Made by a program: the position numbers and the translations under genes. Shown one piece after another: positions 59,288 to 64,000 of a stretch of DNA of 64,000 nt. Positions within the stretch are counted from its first letter, which is position 1, and each line of letters starts with the position of its first letter. Below the pieces are notes generated by a model, which ran no database searches, had not been told where the DNA came from, and saw only the letters and a program-made list of their open reading frames with translations. The stretch is from Heteronotia binoei (taxonomy: Eukaryota): contig NC_083237.1 in assembly GCF_032191835.1 (NCBI RefSeq), positions 35,650,001 to 35,714,000 of the forward strand, given 5' to 3'.

Positions 59288-60681
59288 GTGAGTCTATTGT
59301 CTGGATAGGGGGGAATGAGAATATGCAAGGTTGCGAGATCGGTAGAGCATTTCTGTTTTTCTATTGAGGGGTGTGGCTGTATTAGTTATTATCTCAGCGG
59401 GGCCAGTTCAGTACACACTGGGGGTTATTGCAACTAGCGTTTATTTGCCGCGGTGCGAAGTGAGTGGGCAGTGACAGCTTGCATACAAGAGGTTAAAATC
59501 ATGGTGGTTAACTCTTCCAGTGGGTGAAAACGTACGTTGGCCAGCTATTGCCGATTTGCGTGTATAAATTGAGTTCAGGGAGGAAGGGCAAGGAATCCAG
59601 ACTGGGGGATTAATAAATTGACAAAATGGCCACCATAAGCTAATAAAAGCATGATAAAAGTAATCATATTCCACAACCTGGTTCTCATTGAAAAACTCAG
59701 ATTTTTTTTTGTATTTTATAAATTGGGAAACAAATAATGGTTTACTCAAAGGTATTGAGTGAACCTTTTACTGAATGCAGAAAATCCAATTTTAATAGAT
59801 GCACAGTAGGTTTAAAACATACACATATACAAAACTGTATCGCAGTTGCCAACATTTTTCTTTCATGGTAGGACATGTATTTAATAACTGAACAGAAAGT
59901 GGAAATTCAGCATCTTCAAACTTTGAAATGCCGTGCCTGCCGATTTTGTTAAAAATGGCACTTATTAAAGATGGGAGGTGGAATCCCTACCATATATTTC
60001 AGTTGTGCTTACAAAAAACCCTCCCCAAAGTTTTGATACAGGTACTTTGATAAGGTCTGACAACTGTTAATATACCACACTGTGGCTAAAAATAAATTGT
60101 TTTGTCCGATTTGCCTAAAGAGTGAAAAATGGTGCAGATTTATCCTGTCAAAAGGAACAACTACAGGCACACACTGTGGTGTGAAGATTTCAAGTCTTCT
60201 GAAGTAAACTATTCCCCAGAGGCCCTGCAAGAACCTTGTTTTCACTGCTTGGCCTGTAGCCACGCTTTTAAGAAACTGCTCTGTTGCAAATGGCATTAGA
60301 ACTGTGCAGTTGTTCATTTTGAAAACCTTGGTGGACATCCAGGGTCTTGTGGGATAGGGGAAATCCCAGTTCTTTGCTGCGGCCCCAACATCCTGCTCAA
60401 GTGCTTCCCATGCTGATTTCACTTCCTTTCTGCATCTCTGCTTGCCCCCCCCCCCCCCCCCAATTCATGCTGTCTGGTTCTGTTTTCTATTTCTTCTGGG
60501 TAAGGTTCTGCTTTCTTCCTCCTTCGTCTCTCCGGGGTGCCATTTCGAGTTGCTACAGCAACCCAATATGCTGCAGGAATGGGGTGGGGAGGATATCATA
60601 AAGACAGCACTTCGATTTGGAGAGACTTCTATATTATTTCAACACTTCCATTTTTTAACAGAGCTATAGGTTCATCTAAGG

Positions 60682-60890
60682 GGAGGGACGGTGGCTCAGT
60701 GGTAGAGCATCTGCTTGGGAAGCAGAAGGCCCCAGGTTCAATCCCTGGCATCTCCAAAAAAGGGTCCAGGCAAATAGGTGTGAAAAACCTCAGCTTGAGA
60801 CCCTGGAGAGCCGCTGCCAGTTTGAGAAGACAATACTGACTTTGATGGAGCAAGGGTCTGATTCAGTATAAGGCAGCTTCATATGTCCAT
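60682..60890 (+). mobile_element. tRNA-derived SINE (Squam3-like) in NAT14 intron 1
   Basis: GTGGCTCAGTGGTAGAGC A box, GGTTCAATCCC B box, same tail as 20412-20617. Confidence 0.8.
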
Positions 60891-61211
60891 ATGTCCAATC
60901 TCTGGGTGGAGCCTGGAGCTCTCAAGGAATTACAGGTGCCTTCCAGACTACAGCGATTAATTCTCCTGGAGAAAATGGCTGCGTTGGGGAGTGGACTGTT
61001 GGCATTGTATCCCACTGAGATCCTTTCCCAGGCTCTAACCCCCCCCCCCCCCCCCCAATCTCCAGGAATTCCCCAACCTGTTGCTGGCAACCCAAGATTC
61101 ACCTGGGTTTTTAAAACTGTCCATTGTGGTCAAGGGAGCTGGTCCTGTTTTGTAGTCAGCAAATACTCAAGTTTTCCTTCCCTGCAGGTGCTTTTCTTAC
61201 CCATTACGACC

Positions 61212-61292
61212 ATGCCTACCCTGGAACCTGAGCAGCTGTCCATCAGGGAAATGAGAGAGGATGAAGCATCAGTTGTTTTGGAGCTTCTAAAG
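61212..61292 (+). CDS. NAT14: N-acetyltransferase 14, coding exon 1
   Basis: Acceptor ttttccttccctgcag| at 61187 and ACCATG. Encodes MPTLEPEQLSIREMREDEASVVLELLK (cf. human LSVREMREDE). Donor AAG|gtgaga, phase 0. Confidence 0.9.
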
Positions 61293-63138
61293 GTGAGACG
61301 GAGTGCTAGAGAACATCCACGGCTGGCCATCCCTTATAGCTTGTTTCTAAAGCCAAGTAAAGTGTTTTCCATATGGAAACAATTTGCTGTGGTTTCCCTA
61401 TTGCTGCTATGGCTGACAGTTCATGATTCCAGGTTTCTGCTGCTAGCATTTCTTCCCTGGCACCAGAGGGTTTTAAAAATTACTGGATCATATTACTGGA
61501 TCATTCTAGCCTTAAAATCGCAATCTTCAAGTTGCTAGCTTTTGTGCTTTTAAACAGTAAATCTTTAGCCTTTTTTGTTGCAGAGTGTTAAGGGGAAATG
61601 CAAGCTGTATAATTCTGCAATGAAAAGGACTAAAGCAGGGGTCCCAACTTTTTTTTTTAAATATGTGTGTGCACTCACACGCTTGTGTGTGCACCTGGAA
61701 GTCATGGTAATCTCTGGTGACTGATCCCTACTGGGGGCAGGGAGGATATTCAGGGAGGTAGCTGAATAAAGCCTGCCTCCTGACGCCTGGTCTTCCAAGG
61801 AGGTCTCCCATCCAAGTACTTGCCAGAGTCGACCCTGCTTAGCTTACAAGATCGAGTTTTCCTGAGTTATCCAGGTCAGTGTTGAATTCTAACCTTTTTG
61901 GGTCTGTGAGCACATTTGGAATTCTGGCAAATTGTGGTGGGTGCAACAACAAAATGGCTGCCACAGAATAACTGCTGGAGGTGGTGGCAGACACAAAATG
62001 ATGGCCACAGCTTAACTTGAGGCACAGATGCTTGTGTTGTGGTGGCAGCTGCTGTCAAAGCAGTATTTTTTAAAAGTTGCAAAGCCAATCAAATCTCAAG
62101 TAGTCGGAAGCCTTGCTGGGCAGAAGCACCACCTGGCTCCACCCAGTTCCTAAAACAATTTGGTAAGTTACAGAAAAGGTGACAGCAGCAAACACCATGG
62201 TGCCCATGTTGGAGAGCCCTCGACTAGAGACTACTAGCCTTTTTTTTCTTTTTTTTTAAAGAAACCTAGGAAATAGTCCATTGTAATAAATTGTTATAAT
62301 GCTATAGACTTAGCAATTTCTGTTTTTATTTTTAAGCTTTTTGGTATGAGGATGGAAGCAGCAGTCACAAGGAGCTGGGACATAGAAAATTATTGTTATG
62401 GGTGAGACTAGGAAACAACTGTACTTTCCTGATGAAGTTATGCGTAAGACCAGTAAAGTACTGTCCTTTTCCTATCCACATGGCAGCTGCCCTGACATTG
62501 CTGCTCTTGTTCTGACAAGACTGGAGTAAAGCAAGTATAAGAAAGAATGGCGCTGCTGGTGAACTCCTAATGGCACCTGCTTTTTGGCCATTGTGTGACA
62601 CAAAGTGTTGGACTGGATGGGCCATTAGCCTGATCCAACATGGCTTCTCTTATGTTCTTTATGTAAAAAGCTGGGGTAAACCCAAGAGGTGCACCATAGT
62701 ATCATGATACTGTGGGGAATTAAGAGGGAGTGTAACCTGCTTCCTTTCATTATCCAAGCCAAGTCAAACAGCCCATGTATAAGACTCCCAAGTTTCCCAC
62801 CTTTCTCTACTGGTTTCTGGATCAAGTTGCCAACTTTTTCAGTGGTCTCGGTAGCCAAGCCTTTAACAGGCCTGAAGTTAGGGTTAACAACCTCCTGCTG
62901 AGGCTTGGAGTTTTCCCAGCCTTACTACTGATCTCCAGATTACAAAGTTCAGTTCCCCTGGGAGAAATGGCTGCACCTTCCCTTCCTTCCCCAGGCTCCG
63001 TCCTTTACCAGGCACTACTCCTAAATCTCCAGGAATTTCCAAAGCCAGAACTGACAAACCTACCTGACATCCCCCCAAAACGGCGCAATCCTTACTTAAC
63101 TTGCCTTTTGTTTGTTTTTCTTTCCCCCACCCCCACAG

Positions 63139-63681
63139 GATGGATTCAAGGATACAGAGAACCGTCTGATATTGTATGTGCTGACGCGGCCATTAGCGTT
63201 GCTCTTGATGGCGGTGGTGAGCAGTGGCCTGCGCTTCTTCCTGAACTCTTTCGTGGTGGCACTCGTGGTGCCAGTGCTGCTCACTGTTGTGGCTCTGAAA
63301 CTCCTGCTGTGGCGTTCACTAGACCTGAGGCAACTGTATGCCTACTACAACGCTGGCCAGCGTGGGCTCTGGGTGGCTGTCTATGATGAGGATGACATCT
63401 GTGGCTGCGTGGCTCTGGAACCCTGGGAAGGGGAACCCCACATTGCAGAGCTCAAACGCTTGGCTGTCAATCGCTGGTACCGGCGCTCTGGTGTGGGCCG
63501 CTGCCTCCTCCGGTTCCTCGAAGCTCAGGCTCGTGCTCAGGGCTTCAAATGCCTGGTGGCCCAAGTCTCAGTAGTCACCAAAGCTGCCATTGGGCTCTTT
63601 GAAAGCAGTGGCTACAACGTGAGCAGTGGACGCCGGTGGTTGGGCTACACTGTTCAGCAAGTGTTCAGCAAGGAGCTGTAG
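63139..63681 (+). CDS. NAT14: N-acetyltransferase 14, terminal exon (hydrophobic segment plus GNAT domain)
   Basis: Acceptor tttcccccacccccacag|. Encodes DGFKDTENRL...SGLRFFLNSF...LKRLAVNRWYRRSGVGRCLL...FSKEL-stop. The acetyl-CoA motif RxxGxG is intact. Total 207 aa. Confidence 0.93.
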   Translation, partial: DGFKDTENRLILYVLTRPLALLLMAVVSSGLRFFLNSFVVALVVPVLLTVVALKLLLWRSLDLRQLYAYYNAGQRGLWVAVYDEDDICGCVALEPWEGEPHIAELKRLAVNRWYRRSGVGRCLLRFLEAQARAQGFKCLVAQVSVVTKAAIGLFESSGYNVSSGRRWLGYTVQQVFSKEL

Positions 63682-64000
63682 CATCCGCGCCTGTGAATTA
63701 AGTGTCCGAGCTGCTCAAGGGACCCAGACTGGAATACATAGCCTTGATTTGGGGGAAAAGCACAAAGTTCCCCAAACAGGCTGTGCTTAGTGAGCCATCT
63801 CTTGGCCTCAAACATGGTAGTTCTGCTCTGCCAGGTGGCTTTTCTCCACCTGGGATGTGACGATGCTGCACACAAACAAATGTCACTCTGGATAAAAAGC
63901 TATGAGCCAATTCCCCCTCCTTGCACGTCAGGCCCTTTTTCACTGAGGGGTTCCAAGAAAAGCCATCCCAGATACTTCTCCCTCATTTGAGGGAACTGGA

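Noticed and set aside
59739-59765. 11-bp hairpin GGTTTACTCAA-AGGTA-TTGAGTGAACC in NAT14 intron 1
   Set aside because: Isolated. There is no CTRR end for a Helitron and it is too short for a pre-miRNA; could be chance.
60009-60422. 137-aa minus ORF and an opposite-strand CLACSHAF finger-like peptide
   Set aside because: No complete C2H2 spacing, no homology recognised, and no splice support.
1-64000. CRISPR arrays, rRNA or true tRNA genes
   Set aside because: No regularly spaced repeat-spacer arrays. The tRNA-like and 5S-like sequences are truncated, diverged SINE heads.

Overview
Vertebrate genomic DNA from a squamate reptile, probably a gecko (inferred from the SINE and MITE families). It is syntenic in part with human 19q13.42. 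Four protein-coding genes can be rebuilt on the + strand from splice signals and frame continuity. (1) A SCAN-domain C2H2 zinc-finger gene: 3 coding exons at 2876-3598, 5559-5679 and 7757-8799, 628 aa, 12 fingers. (2) An SBK2-like Ser/Thr kinase: 4 coding exons in 23541-27671, 336 aa, with a TATA promoter. (3) ZNF628: single coding exon 51409-55005, 1198 aa, 18 fingers, with a CpG-rich and probably bidirectional promoter near 46.4-46.9 kb. (4) NAT14: coding exons 61212-61292 and 63139-63681, 207 aa. Mobile DNA includes a rearranged Gmr1-like Gypsy LTR retrotransposon (13684-17691, TSD GACCA, SCAN-like capsid, PR-IN order) carrying a nested solo LTR (17046-17642, TSD TTCCC). There is also a young 5'-truncated L2 LINE in ZNF628 intron 1 (48424-51300), plus many SINEs (tRNA-, 5S- and Sauria-type) and MITEs. 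The most unusual observations are the reciprocally truncated LTR architecture, an Arg-rich ORF inside the nested LTR, a 32-bp templated insertion at the L2 5' junction, a ~15-unit Q-rich repeat in ZNF628, and a possible spliced divergent transcript. No prokaryotic-type systems (CRISPR etc.) are present.
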